A program made the position numbers and the translations under genes. Shown here piece by piece: positions 9,961 to 19,496 of a stretch of 64,000 bases of DNA; position 1 is the stretch's first letter, and each line of letters opens with the position of its first letter. The DNA is from Deltaproteobacteria bacterium (GTDB taxonomy: Bacteria > Desulfobacterota > Syntrophia > Syntrophales > Smithellaceae). A model generated the notes under the pieces. The model made no database searches. It was given only the letters and a program-made list of their open reading frames with translations, and was not told the origin of the DNA. The stretch is from assembly GCA_026388535.1 (NCBI GenBank), contig JAPLJP010000026.1, forward strand, positions 1,391 through 65,390. The letters run 5' to 3'.

Positions 9961-10071
9961 CTCATTCGCTTCGGGGATAATTCCAGTTGCGCTTCGAACT
10001 TCGTTTCACTCAGGGGATAGTTCAACCATCAAGTTTCAGTGCGCTACGCTTCTGAAACTTGGGTTTCACTA
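9961..10071 (-). repeat. Family H element (one full copy plus partial), overlapping the stop codon of the ACT gene
   Basis: Minus strand TAGTGAAACC-CAAGTTTCAG-AAGCGTAGCGCA-CTGAAACTTG-ATGGTTGAACTA-TCCC. Confidence 0.8.
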
Positions 10072-10500
10072 AAATTCGTACAGCTTTTCACCTGGTATAA
10101 CTGTAAACTTATGCTTCAGCAAAATGTCGATGGCCTTTTCTGGATTGTCGAAGCGGAAGATGATGACGGCGTTCTGGCCGCTTTTCTCCACAAAGGCGTA
10201 AAGGTATTCCACGTTAATGCCTTCTTTGGAAACAACTTCCATGATGCTATGCAAGCCGCCCGGTTTGTCGGGAACTTCCACGGCGACAACAGGGGTTTTG
10301 CTGACTTGAAAACCGCTATCTTTAAGAACTTTATTGGCCTTCTCCACATCATTGACAATCAAACGCAGAATGCCGAAATCAACTGTTTCCGCCAGCGACA
10401 GAGTTCGAATATTAATGTTGGCATCTCTAAGCACGCGCGTTGCATGCTCCAGCGAGCCGGGTTTGTTTTCCAGAAAAACAGATATTTGTTCTACTTTCAT
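10069..10500 (-). CDS. Tandem ACT-domain protein (PaaK-associated)
   Basis: [28 protein letters not shown]; follows paaK-like gene. Confidence 0.9.
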   Translation of the reverse strand: MKVEQISVFLENKPGSLEHATRVLRDANINIRTLSLAETVDFGILRLIVNDVEKANKVLKDSGFQVSKTPVVAVEVPDKPGGLHSIMEVVSKEGINVEYLYAFVEKSGQNAVIIFRFDNPEKAIDILLKHKFTVIPGEKLYEF

Positions 10501-10517
10501 CGTAACCCCCTTATGGA

Positions 10518-11816
10518 TTAGTAGCGGCGCTTATCAATAACTTTCGCCCCTGTTTTTTGCAGAGTATTGGGCTGGACGAGCTTTACGCGCGCGGCAATAC
10601 CCAGATAATCCTTCATGTCCTTGACAATTCTTTTTTCAATTTTCTGCAGTTCTTTCACGCCGCCGGAATCGCTGCATATCTTATCGCTGACTTCCACCTG
10701 CAAGTCGAGAGAATCCAGCGCTCCCACTTTATCAATAATGATTTGATAATTGGGCTGTAATCCTTCAATATCCACTAAAATAGCTTCGATTTGTGAAGGG
10801 AAAATATTGATGCCGCGGATAATCAGCATGTCGTCGCTTCGTTTCAAGACTCTTTCCATTTTGACATGACTGCGGCCGCAGCGGCACGGCTCTGTTATCA
10901 GGCGCGATATATCGCCGGAACGGTAACGGATGAGAGGACCCGCTTCTTTAGTCAGAGTCGTGAAAACCAGTTCGCCTTCGGAACCTTCCGGCAGTACTTC
11001 GCCGGTTTGGGGGTTGATTGTTTCGACAATAAAATGGTCTTCAAAAATATGCATTCCATTACGGCCTTCCAGGCATTCCATCGCCATGCCCGGGCCGATA
11101 ACTTCCGATAGTCCAAAGAGATCCAGCGCGGTTATTCCGAAAGCCTTTTCAATTTCATCACGCGTCGACTTGTTCCATGGCTCCGCTCCGAAAATGCCCA
11201 CGCGCAGTTTAAGCGATTTCATGTCCACGCCAAGAGCCTTACCTTCTTCGGCCAGATGCAGTGCGTAGGAAGGTGTACAGCAGATAACAGTCGGCCCGAA
11301 ATCCTGCAGAATCATGATTTGCCTTTTGGCGTTTCCTCCGGACATGGGGATAACACTCGCGCCTATTTTTTCCGCGCCGTAATGCAACCCAAGCCCGCCG
11401 GTGAACAAACCATAACCGAAGGCGTTATGAATAATATCATTTTTTGTTATACCCGCGGCGACAAGACAGCGCGCGATGAGATCAGACCATGTTTCGATAT
11501 CGCGTTTGGTGTAACCGAAAACAGCCGACCGGCCGCTGGTGCCGGAAGAAGCATGCAGCCGAACGACACTGCTCATAGGCACGGAAAATAAACCGAAGGG
11601 GTAATTATCCCGTAAATCTTTTCTGGTAATGAAGGGAAGCTTTTTCATGTCGGCAATGGATTTTATATCGTCGGGTTTGACTTTAGCGGCGTCAAAAGAT
11701 TTTTTATAAAATCCCACCGTATGATAAACCCGTTCCAGAACCTGTTGCAGTCGTTTGACTTGCAAGGATTTTATGACTTCACGGGGCATGGTTTCAAATT
11801 CTTCGTTGTAGATCAT
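10518..11816 (-). CDS. paaK: Phenylacetate-CoA ligase family protein (some motifs degenerate)
   Basis: [51 protein letters not shown]. Confidence 0.85.
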   Translation of the reverse strand: MIYNEEFETMPREVIKSLQVKRLQQVLERVYHTVGFYKKSFDAAKVKPDDIKSIADMKKLPFITRKDLRDNYPFGLFSVPMSSVVRLHASSGTSGRSAVFGYTKRDIETWSDLIARCLVAAGITKNDIIHNAFGYGLFTGGLGLHYGAEKIGASVIPMSGGNAKRQIMILQDFGPTVICCTPSYALHLAEEGKALGVDMKSLKLRVGIFGAEPWNKSTRDEIEKAFGITALDLFGLSEVIGPGMAMECLEGRNGMHIFEDHFIVETINPQTGEVLPEGSEGELVFTTLTKEAGPLIRYRSGDISRLITEPCRCGRSHVKMERVLKRSDDMLIIRGINIFPSQIEAILVDIEGLQPNYQIIIDKVGALDSLDLQVEVSDKICSDSGGVKELQKIEKRIVKDMKDYLGIAARVKLVQPNTLQKTGAKVIDKRRY

Positions 11817-11910
11817 GGTGGTGCCTCCCTTATATAATGGATACTAAACAGGAAAAGAGTCTAACAAAACTTTATGCCTCTGGCAAGAAGCTTTCTATAA
11901 AAAGAAGACC

Positions 11911-12450
11911 TTATGCGGTCTTTTGCTGTAAATAACTTTCGGCAAGGAGAATCCCTAAAACGGTTTTAGCGTCAATTATCTCGCCGTTTTTTATTAAATC
12001 TCTCGCATGAGAAAAACTGGCGGGCATTATTTCAATGAATTCATCTTCGTCGGGCGTAAGCGGCGCGCTAAAAAGATCCCGGGCAAGAAAAAAATACATA
12101 TATTCATTGCAGTATCCCGGAAGTAAGTAGCCTTCGAAAAGTTTAACAAGAATTTTTGCTCTAAAACCGGTTTCTTCGGCCAGTTCCCGCTGCGCGCAGA
12201 CATCTGGGGATTCCTCTAAATTATCCAGCGAGCCGGCCGGAATTTCCAAAATATGTTTTTTAACAGCGATGCGGTATTGTTTGATGAGAATTAGTTCGTT
12301 TTTATCGTTGATGGCGACAATGGCGACGGTGTGGTTGTGTTTTATCCAGCTTTGCCTGGTTGTCTTGCCGTTGGGCAGATCAACTTCTTCTTCCCAAACA
12401 TCGAAAATTTTACATTGGTACGCTAAAGATGGGTTGTTTTTTTTCATCAA
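11911..12450 (-). CDS. NUDIX hydrolase (ADP-ribose pyrophosphatase-like)
   Basis: Nudix box GSLDNLEESPDVCAQRELAEETG; EIIDAKT. Confidence 0.9.
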   Translation of the reverse strand: MMKKNNPSLAYQCKIFDVWEEEVDLPNGKTTRQSWIKHNHTVAIVAINDKNELILIKQYRIAVKKHILEIPAGSLDNLEESPDVCAQRELAEETGFRAKILVKLFEGYLLPGYCNEYMYFFLARDLFSAPLTPDEDEFIEIMPASFSHARDLIKNGEIIDAKTVLGILLAESYLQQKTA

Positions 12451-12463
12451 CGCGTCGCTTAAT

Positions 12464-13027
12464 TCAGTTTGTCTTGATTATGGATAACAAATGTCTTTCG
12501 ATTTCTTCTTTCGGCAGAGCTCCAGTCAACTTCTGCACCATCTTGCCTTCCTTAAAGAAAAGCATGGTTGGAATACTGCGAATTCCATATTGCGAAGCGG
12601 TAAGCGGATTTTCATCAACATTAAGCTTGACGACCTTGACTCCATTGGCATAATCGGAGGCCAACTCGTCAATTATGGGTGATAATGTCCTGCAGGGACC
12701 GCACCAGGGTGCCCAGCAATCAACCAAAACGGATGTTTCAGAACTCAGCACTTCGCGGGCGAATGTATTATCTGTTACCTCGAACGCCATGATTTTTTGT
12801 TGAGGAATTATCAAGGGTTCGTGACATTTGCCGCATAAAGGTTTTTGGTTTAAACGATCTTCAGACAGTCTGTTTTTCGTGCCGCATTTCAGACAAGGAA
12901 TAATTAATTCATCCAGCGAAGCGCCGCACTTGCCGCAGATAGACCTGCCCTGTAATTTTTGTTTTGGTATTCTATTTTTTGTGCCGCAATTGAGACAGCG
13001 GATAATCACGTTTTCAGACATATTCAT
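12464..13027 (-). CDS. trxC: Thioredoxin TrxC-like with duplicated N-terminal Zn finger
   Basis: Two CxxC-GTKNR..CGKC units followed by WAPWCGPC thioredoxin domain. Confidence 0.85.
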   Translation of the reverse strand: MNMSENVIIRCLNCGTKNRIPKQKLQGRSICGKCGASLDELIIPCLKCGTKNRLSEDRLNQKPLCGKCHEPLIIPQQKIMAFEVTDNTFAREVLSSETSVLVDCWAPWCGPCRTLSPIIDELASDYANGVKVVKLNVDENPLTASQYGIRSIPTMLFFKEGKMVQKLTGALPKEEIERHLLSIIKTN

Positions 13028-13071
13028 TAACCTTTGTTATTATTATCTCTTTTTTGCCGGAAAAAGGCAAA

Positions 13072-13554
13072 TCATATAGCAACGCTCACTAAAACCGGTT
13101 TAAGTATCCGAACAAGTTCAGCGGAAGGCATCCGCGCCAGTAAACCACGACTGCCCGCGTTGATAAAAATTTCCGGCAAATCGGCCACGGTATTTTCCAT
13201 GTAAACAGGCATTGTTTTTCTTGTGCCGAAAGGCGACGTGCCGCCGACTTTATAGCCTGTATGTTTTTCCGCGATTGCCGGGTTGCAAGGTGAAATCGAC
13301 TTTACGCCGATAGCTCGGGCAAGTGATTTTGTGGAAACCTCCTTATCACCGTGCATTAAAATAATCAGCGGTTTGCCTGTTTCGTCCTCCATTGCCAGCG
13401 TTTTAATAACGCGATGTTCTTCAACCCCCAGTTTTTTTGCCGATACTTTCGTGCCGCCCCTTTCCTCGTATTGGTAAGTATGCAGAGTAAAATCAGCTTT
13501 TTGCGCCTTCAGAGCTAAAATAGCTGGTGTTGTCGGAATTTTTTCTTTTGTCAT
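13072..13554 (-). CDS. ybaK: Cys-tRNA(Pro) deacylase YbaK
   Basis: TPAI, VIKTL, TGYKVGGTSPFG, INAGSRG. Confidence 0.9.
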   Translation of the reverse strand: MTKEKIPTTPAILALKAQKADFTLHTYQYEERGGTKVSAKKLGVEEHRVIKTLAMEDETGKPLIILMHGDKEVSTKSLARAIGVKSISPCNPAIAEKHTGYKVGGTSPFGTRKTMPVYMENTVADLPEIFINAGSRGLLARMPSAELVRILKPVLVSVAI

Positions 13555-13627
13555 CAGGGATTATAATAACAATTAAAACTAAAAAAGCAATATACGCCGG
13601 GTTAAATCACTGGTCTCATTAATAGAG

Positions 13628-13820
13628 CCCCACTTAGCTTCGCACTAGGGACAATTCAACTTACAGACATTACTGCGCTCAGCTTGTAATATCTGAGTTT
13701 CATTGATTCCACTAATGCTTTCTATAGTCAGCGAGCCTCAAATCCCGCGTCGCTTCGCTTCTGGGATAATTCAACTTACATATTTCAGTGCACTCCGTTT
13801 CTGAAATATGCGTTTCATTA
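13628..13820 (-). repeat. Two family H copies (13628-13704, 13742-13820) plus a partial end at 13611-13621
   Basis: Minus strand TAATGAAACG-CATATTTCAG-AAACGGAGTGCA-CTGAAATATG-TAAGTTGAATTA-TCCC and CAGATATTAC-AAGCTGAGCGCA-GTAATGTCTG. Confidence 0.8.
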
Positions 13821-13898
13821 TTTTTTGATTCATTCTCTTGATTTTACTTTTATTTTAAGTTATCTGTGCAAAACGTATTTTTGACGGGGAGAATTTAA

Positions 13899-15050
13899 TT
13901 GCAAATCAATCCTTACCCGAAACATAAACTTATACGCGATTCCGTGCGGCATTTTGCAGAAACGGAACTTTCGCCTATTGCCGCCGAAATAGACCGCAGT
14001 GCGACTTTTCCTGTGGAAGTTATCGGGAAAATGAAGGCGCTTAATTATTTCGGCCTTCAGGTGCCCAAGGAATTTGGCGGCGCGGCAATAGATTCTATCA
14101 GCGCCGCCATAGTTGTAGAAGAAATATCCCGCGTTTGCGCCGCGATAGGTTTGTGTATCACGGTGCATAACGGAGTTGCTGTTTATCCGTTTCTCCAGTT
14201 TGCCACTCCGGCGCAGAAAAAACATTATCTGCCTAAATTAGCCAGCGGTGAATTTATCGGCGCTTTCAGCCTGACTGAGGCCAATGCCGGTTCCGATTCG
14301 GGAAGCGTGGAGACAACAGCGATAAAAAAAAATCAGGAATACATATTAAACGGAACGAAAATATTTGTCACCAACGGCGGGGTTTGTGATTTGGCCTTGA
14401 TTTTCGCTTTGACCGGTTTTGATCCGGCGCGCCCGCAGAGCAGCGTTTTTATTGTCGAAAGTAATTATGCCGGATTTTTGCGAGGGGAGTTGGAAGATCT
14501 TTGCGGAATGAGAGCCAATCCCGTTTCTTCACTATTTTTAGAAGATTGCTGCGTACCGGAAAAAAATCTGCTGGGGAAAATCGGCGAAGGAATGAAAATA
14601 GGGTTGGCCACGCTGGATAACGGCCGGATCGGCATTGCCGCGCAAGCTCTGGGTATTGCCCAGGGAGCATTGGAAGCGGCGATTAAATACGCCAAGGAAA
14701 GACAGCAGTTTAAGAAACCCATTGCATCTTTGCAGACAATCCAGAATTACATAGCCGATATGGCCACCGAAATTAAAGCGGCGCGCTTGCTTTTGTACCA
14801 TGCCTGTTCCCTGAAAGATGAAGGAGTGTCCTTTGGCTGTGAGGCAGCGATGGCCAAACTTTACTGCAGTCAGATTGCGTCCAAGACAACATCACTGGCC
14901 GTACAGATTCATGGCGGTTATGGATACAGCAAGGAATACGATGTGGAAAGATATTTCCGCGATGCCAAGGTTACAGAAATTTATGAAGGCACCAGCGAAA
15001 TTCAGCGCATGGTTATCGCTCGCGCGGTGTTGTCTCAATTAACTTTTTAG
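13899..15050 (+). CDS. Acyl-CoA dehydrogenase (butyryl-CoA dehydrogenase-like)
   Basis: FSLTEANAGSD, GTKIFVTNG, QIHGGYGY, IYEGTSEIQR; TTG start with GGAG RBS. Confidence 0.93.
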   Translation: MQINPYPKHKLIRDSVRHFAETELSPIAAEIDRSATFPVEVIGKMKALNYFGLQVPKEFGGAAIDSISAAIVVEEISRVCAAIGLCITVHNGVAVYPFLQFATPAQKKHYLPKLASGEFIGAFSLTEANAGSDSGSVETTAIKKNQEYILNGTKIFVTNGGVCDLALIFALTGFDPARPQSSVFIVESNYAGFLRGELEDLCGMRANPVSSLFLEDCCVPEKNLLGKIGEGMKIGLATLDNGRIGIAAQALGIAQGALEAAIKYAKERQQFKKPIASLQTIQNYIADMATEIKAARLLLYHACSLKDEGVSFGCEAAMAKLYCSQIASKTTSLAVQIHGGYGYSKEYDVERYFRDAKVTEIYEGTSEIQRMVIARAVLSQLTF

Positions 15051-15056
15051 AAAATT

Positions 15057-15893
15057 ATGTTGAATCTCGTAGTTTGTTTAAAACAAGTTCCCATGGTGAC
15101 GGAACTTCCATGGGATGAGAAAACAGGAACGCTCAGGCGCGATCTCGCCGCCGGGATGATGAATCCGGCCTGCAAGCACGCTCTGGAAGCCGCCCTGCAA
15201 ATCAAGGAAAAATTTTCGGCGAAAATCACGGCCATAACAATGGGCCCGCCCGCCTCCGAGGAAGTACTGCGCGAAGCCCTGGCTCTTGGCGCCGATGAAG
15301 TAATTCTTATTTGCGATAGGCTTCTGGCCGGGTCGGATACCTACGCCACCTCTTTGGTTTTAACAGCGGCGATAAAACAGAAATGTCCAAAATTTGATCT
15401 TATCCTTTGCGGTGCCTATACAGCGGACAGCGAAACCGCGCAGGTCGGACCGCAATTAGCAGAAGAAATGGATTTACCCGCGGCGGCTTATATTGAAAAA
15501 CTGGAAATTACCGGACGGACGTTGCGCGTTCGCCGCCTTGTCGATAATTTCCGCGAAACACTGGAAATGGAATTTCCGGCGTTGGTGACTGTTTCCATGG
15601 AAAATTACAAACCCCGCTACACCGGGCTTGCGGGTTTGGAAAAAGCGTTTGACGGAAATGAAGTTATTGTTCTAGATGCCGCCGCTCTCGGTCTCAAGAC
15701 TTCATCCATTGCCAATAAAGGTTCGCGCACCAAAGTGCGCAAGGTTTTTTTGAGAAAAGCGCAAAAAGAAAACGTGCTCCTGCAGGGAACGGCTTCTGCT
15801 GTGGTTACTGAACTTCTCGACCGGTATCAAAGAAAAATCGGTGCGGCGATAGGCAAATCTATTGAGGGAACAAAGCTCGATGACGAAAAGTAG
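15057..15893 (+). CDS. etfB: Electron transfer flavoprotein beta subunit
   Basis: VVCLKQVP, TMGPP, GSDTYATS, DSETAQVGP. Confidence 0.92.
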   Translation: MLNLVVCLKQVPMVTELPWDEKTGTLRRDLAAGMMNPACKHALEAALQIKEKFSAKITAITMGPPASEEVLREALALGADEVILICDRLLAGSDTYATSLVLTAAIKQKCPKFDLILCGAYTADSETAQVGPQLAEEMDLPAAAYIEKLEITGRTLRVRRLVDNFRETLEMEFPALVTVSMENYKPRYTGLAGLEKAFDGNEVIVLDAAALGLKTSSIANKGSRTKVRKVFLRKAQKENVLLQGTASAVVTELLDRYQRKIGAAIGKSIEGTKLDDEK

Positions 15894-16884
15894 AAAAAAA
15901 AGCATCTGGGTATTCGGCGATTACCGCAATTATTATCAAAACCGTGTAACCCTGCAGTTGATTTCCAAAGCGATGGATCTCGCGAAAACAATCAGGGCTG
16001 AAGTTTGCGCGTTGATTTTCGGCCACGAGATTGACGAATGGATTATGGAATACACGGCTCACGGAGCGGATAGAATTCTGGCAATTGACGATCCCGCCTT
16101 AAAGAGCTACAGCACGGAAAAATATTTAGCAATCATAGAAGCTTTGGCCAACCAAAGAGATCCGGAAATTATACTGATAGGCGCGACCGATTTCGGTCGT
16201 GAATTCGCACCGCGGTTAGCCAAGCGTCTGAAAACTGGTTTATCCGCTGATTGCGTGGGACTCGATATTAGCCAGGACGGCTTATTACTGCAGATAGCTC
16301 CTTCGTTCGGCGGCAACATGCTGGCGGAAATTGTTACGGAACTCCATCGTCCCCAGATGGCGACAGTGCGTCCCGGAACATTTAAGGAAATACCGCATGA
16401 TTATCAAAGAAAGGCTTTGGTCGAACGCTTGCCGCTGATGAAGGGATTGCCCAAGCCCCGAGTTCGTCTTGTGGAGTATGAACGCTCTGTGGAAAAAGAA
16501 CATACAATTGAAAATGCGTCCGTTATCGTTTGCGGCGGCCGCGGTATGGGCAACAAGGAAAAATTCAAAAAACTGCAGGATCTGGCCAAACTTCTGGGGG
16601 GAGATGTCGGGGCCACCAGACCAGTGGTTTATGCAGGATGGGCTGACCATGGTGCGCTGGTGGGACAGGCGGGCAAACACATAAAACCGAAAATTCTTTT
16701 TTCTTTTGGGATAAGCGGCGCGATTCAGCATACGGCAGGATTGGGAGAAGCTAATTTTATTGTCGCGATTAATAAAAATCCGCAGGCGACGATGATGAAA
16801 ATGGCCGATGTCGCAGTTGTTGGCGACGCGAGCGACGTTCTCAATAATTTGATTAAAGAACTAAAAAAACGAATCAGAGAATAA
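15880..16884 (+). CDS. etfA: Electron transfer flavoprotein alpha subunit
   Basis: TGLSADC, RPQMATVRP, GGRGMG, GISGAIQH, AINKNP; start reassigned to ATG 15880. Confidence 0.92.
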   Translation: MTKSRKKSIWVFGDYRNYYQNRVTLQLISKAMDLAKTIRAEVCALIFGHEIDEWIMEYTAHGADRILAIDDPALKSYSTEKYLAIIEALANQRDPEIILIGATDFGREFAPRLAKRLKTGLSADCVGLDISQDGLLLQIAPSFGGNMLAEIVTELHRPQMATVRPGTFKEIPHDYQRKALVERLPLMKGLPKPRVRLVEYERSVEKEHTIENASVIVCGGRGMGNKEKFKKLQDLAKLLGGDVGATRPVVYAGWADHGALVGQAGKHIKPKILFSFGISGAIQHTAGLGEANFIVAINKNPQATMMKMADVAVVGDASDVLNNLIKELKKRIRE

Positions 16885-16905
16885 AATTTTATAGAGGAGG
16901 ATTTA

Positions 16906-18018
16906 ATGATTAAGTCAAGACTTTGCGATCTTACAGGGATTAAATATCCCATCATTCAGGCGGGAATGGGACCATTCAGCAATAACAACCTTGGCGTAGC
17001 CGCGGCCAATGCCGGTGTTTTAGGGTTGTTCTCCACAAGCGGACTCTGCAATAAGGATTTTCTGCCATTTGTCTACAATGATTGGATCAAGAGTGCCGAA
17101 GCCAATCCGGAAGATGACATTATAGTTGCGATGGAGAAAATGCTCAAACGAGCCTATCGCTTGACGAAAGATAAAAACGGTATATTCGGCATTAATGTAA
17201 TGGTGTCCGCGGAGTTGCTTTTGCAAGCACAGATCATTATCGATACGGCAATTCGGGTGCGAGCGGCAAATCCGGGCATGGAAAAACACTTCAAGGTTAT
17301 ATTCACTTCCGCGGGCGATCCGGTGCCCTTCCGCGAGAAGATCAAGGAAGCAGGTTTTACATGGATGCATGTAGTACCATCTGTTAAGGGCGCCCTGCGC
17401 TGTAAGAAAGCGGGTGTTGATGTGATAGTTGCTTCCGGTCACGAAGGTGGTTTTCATACATCATGGGAACCGGTTCACTCAATGATACTACTGCCAGCTG
17501 TTGTGGAAGCGGTTTCCGATGAAAAGACTCTGGTATGCGGAGCCGGCGGCTTCTGCGACGGTAAAACTCTGGCTGCGGCTCTGGTGATGGGCGCTGACGG
17601 CGTCCAGATGGGCACGCGTTTTCTGGCAACGCAGGAAAGTGATTTTCCCCAGATTTGGAGACAAGGTGTTGTTGATGCCGGGGACAGAGGCACGCTTGTT
17701 GCCCGCGGATTTGTGGGGCCGGCACGCTGGATTAAAAATCCTCGCAGTGAAGAGCACGCCAAAAACACACTGCAGAAATCGCCCGGATGTTATTTGGGGG
17801 TACCGGATGATATGATGTCGATTGATATGAATTTGATCATGTTTGAGCTTGAGTCTATGAAGGCAGCCTATGATGGTGACAAGGAGAAAGCTCTTCTGGC
17901 GGCCGGCGAAGCAGTACAGCGCATCAATGACATGCCCAAAGTCAATGATTTGGTTCAGACAATGATGAAGGAGACGGAAGATATACTTAAAGGCGTGCAG
18001 ACCAAGATGCTCGGGTAG
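16906..18018 (+). CDS. Nitronate monooxygenase/FabK-like FMN-dependent enoyl reductase
   Basis: YPIIQAGMG, SGHEGGFH, GAGGFCDG, GADGVQMGTRF. Confidence 0.85.
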   Translation: MIKSRLCDLTGIKYPIIQAGMGPFSNNNLGVAAANAGVLGLFSTSGLCNKDFLPFVYNDWIKSAEANPEDDIIVAMEKMLKRAYRLTKDKNGIFGINVMVSAELLLQAQIIIDTAIRVRAANPGMEKHFKVIFTSAGDPVPFREKIKEAGFTWMHVVPSVKGALRCKKAGVDVIVASGHEGGFHTSWEPVHSMILLPAVVEAVSDEKTLVCGAGGFCDGKTLAAALVMGADGVQMGTRFLATQESDFPQIWRQGVVDAGDRGTLVARGFVGPARWIKNPRSEEHAKNTLQKSPGCYLGVPDDMMSIDMNLIMFELESMKAAYDGDKEKALLAAGEAVQRINDMPKVNDLVQTMMKETEDILKGVQTKMLG

Positions 18019-18099
18019 GGAGCCGTTGACCGGAAGCGCATTCCCGCAAGGGAAGCGCAATAAAATAATGGTAATATTCCTTACCGGTAAAAACCGAAG

Positions 18100-18242
18100 G
18101 ATTTTACAAAACGCTCATACCCTAAAGGGCACCATGGTCTGCGGCGTTGCGCGTCGCCTTTCGTCATTGCGACGTATGCACAAAATACGTCTCATTCCTC
18201 ATGGCTCGCGCGCCTTGCATCTACGCATTTTTGAACAGCTCC
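18100..18242. mobile_element. MITE-like element (family M), with 20-bp TACCCTAAAGGGCACCATGG insert at 18118-18137
   Basis: Similar to 62320-62436 (CAAAACG..TGCG..TCGT..TGCG.CGTA..TA.G.CTCA..GCCTTGC.TCT..GC.TTTT). Confidence 0.6.
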
Positions 18243-18274
18243 TAAACAGCTGAGACTTTTAAAAGAAATAATAG

Positions 18275-18303
18275 AAAAGCCGGAGATCAACACCGGCTTT
18301 TTT
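18275..18303 (+). terminator. Rho-independent terminator (possibly bidirectional)
   Basis: AAAAGCCGG-loop-CCGGCTTTTTT between convergent genes. Confidence 0.7.
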
Positions 18304-18348
18304 ATTTTCTTCCGCATTGGAGATTGAATTGAGTCGTAATTCTCAAAT

Positions 18349-18440
18349 GTCATTGCGAGTTCACGACAGTGAACGTGGCAATCTAAATATATTCTGATGC
18401 TGATGAGATTGCTTTGGTCGTTAATCTCCCTCGCAAAGAC
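18349..18440. repeat. REP-like palindromic element GTCATTGCGAG...CTCGCAAAGAC
   Basis: Inverted termini and internal GCAATC / GATTGC pair; a loosely similar element lies near 63736-63815. Confidence 0.6.
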
Positions 18441-18476
18441 ATTATTATACAGTCTCGTTTCCATTGGTTGATATTT

Positions 18477-19496
18477 TCATCCTGAATTTTTCTGCAGTGG
18501 CTTCGGGATTTCGGATTCACAGGGAACGCCTGTGGCGCAAAGGCCGCATCCATAGATAAAGATATGATAATTTTTATTGCAGTACATTAGAGATTTGGCC
18601 ACCCTTTGATAGCAAGTTTCCTTGTTGTGGGCCTTTTCTGCGGTTATGGCATTCGCCGGGCAGCGCTTCGCGCATTGCAGGCACTGTTTTCCCTGATACT
18701 GCAGACAGTAAGCATGAATGTCATCCGGCCGTTTTCGGTTGGGTGCAAGTTTCAAATTAACGACAAAGCTTCCCGTCCTGTGAGCGCACCCTTTTTCCGT
18801 AATAAAGAAGTCATGCATTCCGAAGGTGCCAAGCCCGGCCGCATAAGCCATATGTCGATGAGACCAGGGAGAAGCCCAGCCCACTTGAGGATAGCGTTTT
18901 TTATTAAACATGGGAGTAACGTCCGGCGATATGGCTAAAACGCCTCGTCCCATTAGAGATGTTACAATTTCACGCACAAACGTCTGGCTGAATATTTCTC
19001 CCAAAAGGCGTGTCTGCGCCCATCTTTCCGAAGGCCACTCTTTAATGGCTGCATTATCATCCTTTGTAATCCTTGATATCGGCATGATGTAAGATACAAC
19101 GCTCAAATCTTGTGCTTTGGGAGCGGGAACACCATTATTCTCGGCCTGCCAGCGCATAATTTCTTTCGGAGTGAAGTGATGCGGTCCGATAATACTTTTG
19201 TATTGTTGAAGAATCGGATCGTCACCCCGGACAAATCCGATCAGCGGCTCATCGAATATTTTCTCTCCGGCAAAAGGGTACTCCATGGTATTTGCCGGAT
19301 GAGTGGCTATCTTTTCTTTGATGGTATTAATAAACCAATCTTCATTCAGAACAGGATCATCATGCGATCTTATATAGTTGGCATTTAATTTGGGTTGCTT
19401 CTGATAGCCCCAGCCACGCATTTCACCGATTGCATTCTTTATCCCACGAATATCGGTGAGAAATGAATATTTTCGATAGCCGTCTTTTTTCTTCAT
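18477..19496 (-). CDS. Epoxyqueuosine reductase/reductive dehalogenase-like Fe-S (probably cobalamin) protein
   Basis: SPWSHRHMAYAAGLGTFG, CLQCAKRCP, GCGLCATGVPC; start 19496 overlaps the MFS stop (TAATG). Confidence 0.75.
   Translation of the reverse strand: MKKKDGYRKYSFLTDIRGIKNAIGEMRGWGYQKQPKLNANYIRSHDDPVLNEDWFINTIKEKIATHPANTMEYPFAGEKIFDEPLIGFVRGDDPILQQYKSIIGPHHFTPKEIMRWQAENNGVPAPKAQDLSVVSYIMPISRITKDDNAAIKEWPSERWAQTRLLGEIFSQTFVREIVTSLMGRGVLAISPDVTPMFNKKRYPQVGWASPWSHRHMAYAAGLGTFGMHDFFITEKGCAHRTGSFVVNLKLAPNRKRPDDIHAYCLQYQGKQCLQCAKRCPANAITAEKAHNKETCYQRVAKSLMYCNKNYHIFIYGCGLCATGVPCESEIPKPLQKNSG

Noticed and set aside
9961-10071. Family H as canonical integron attC sites
   Set aside because: No RYYYAAC...GTTRRRY core pair and no integrase in the window; kept only as an analogy
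13628-13820. Family H as simple rho-independent terminators
   Set aside because: No consistent U-tract, and these copies lie between divergently transcribed genes
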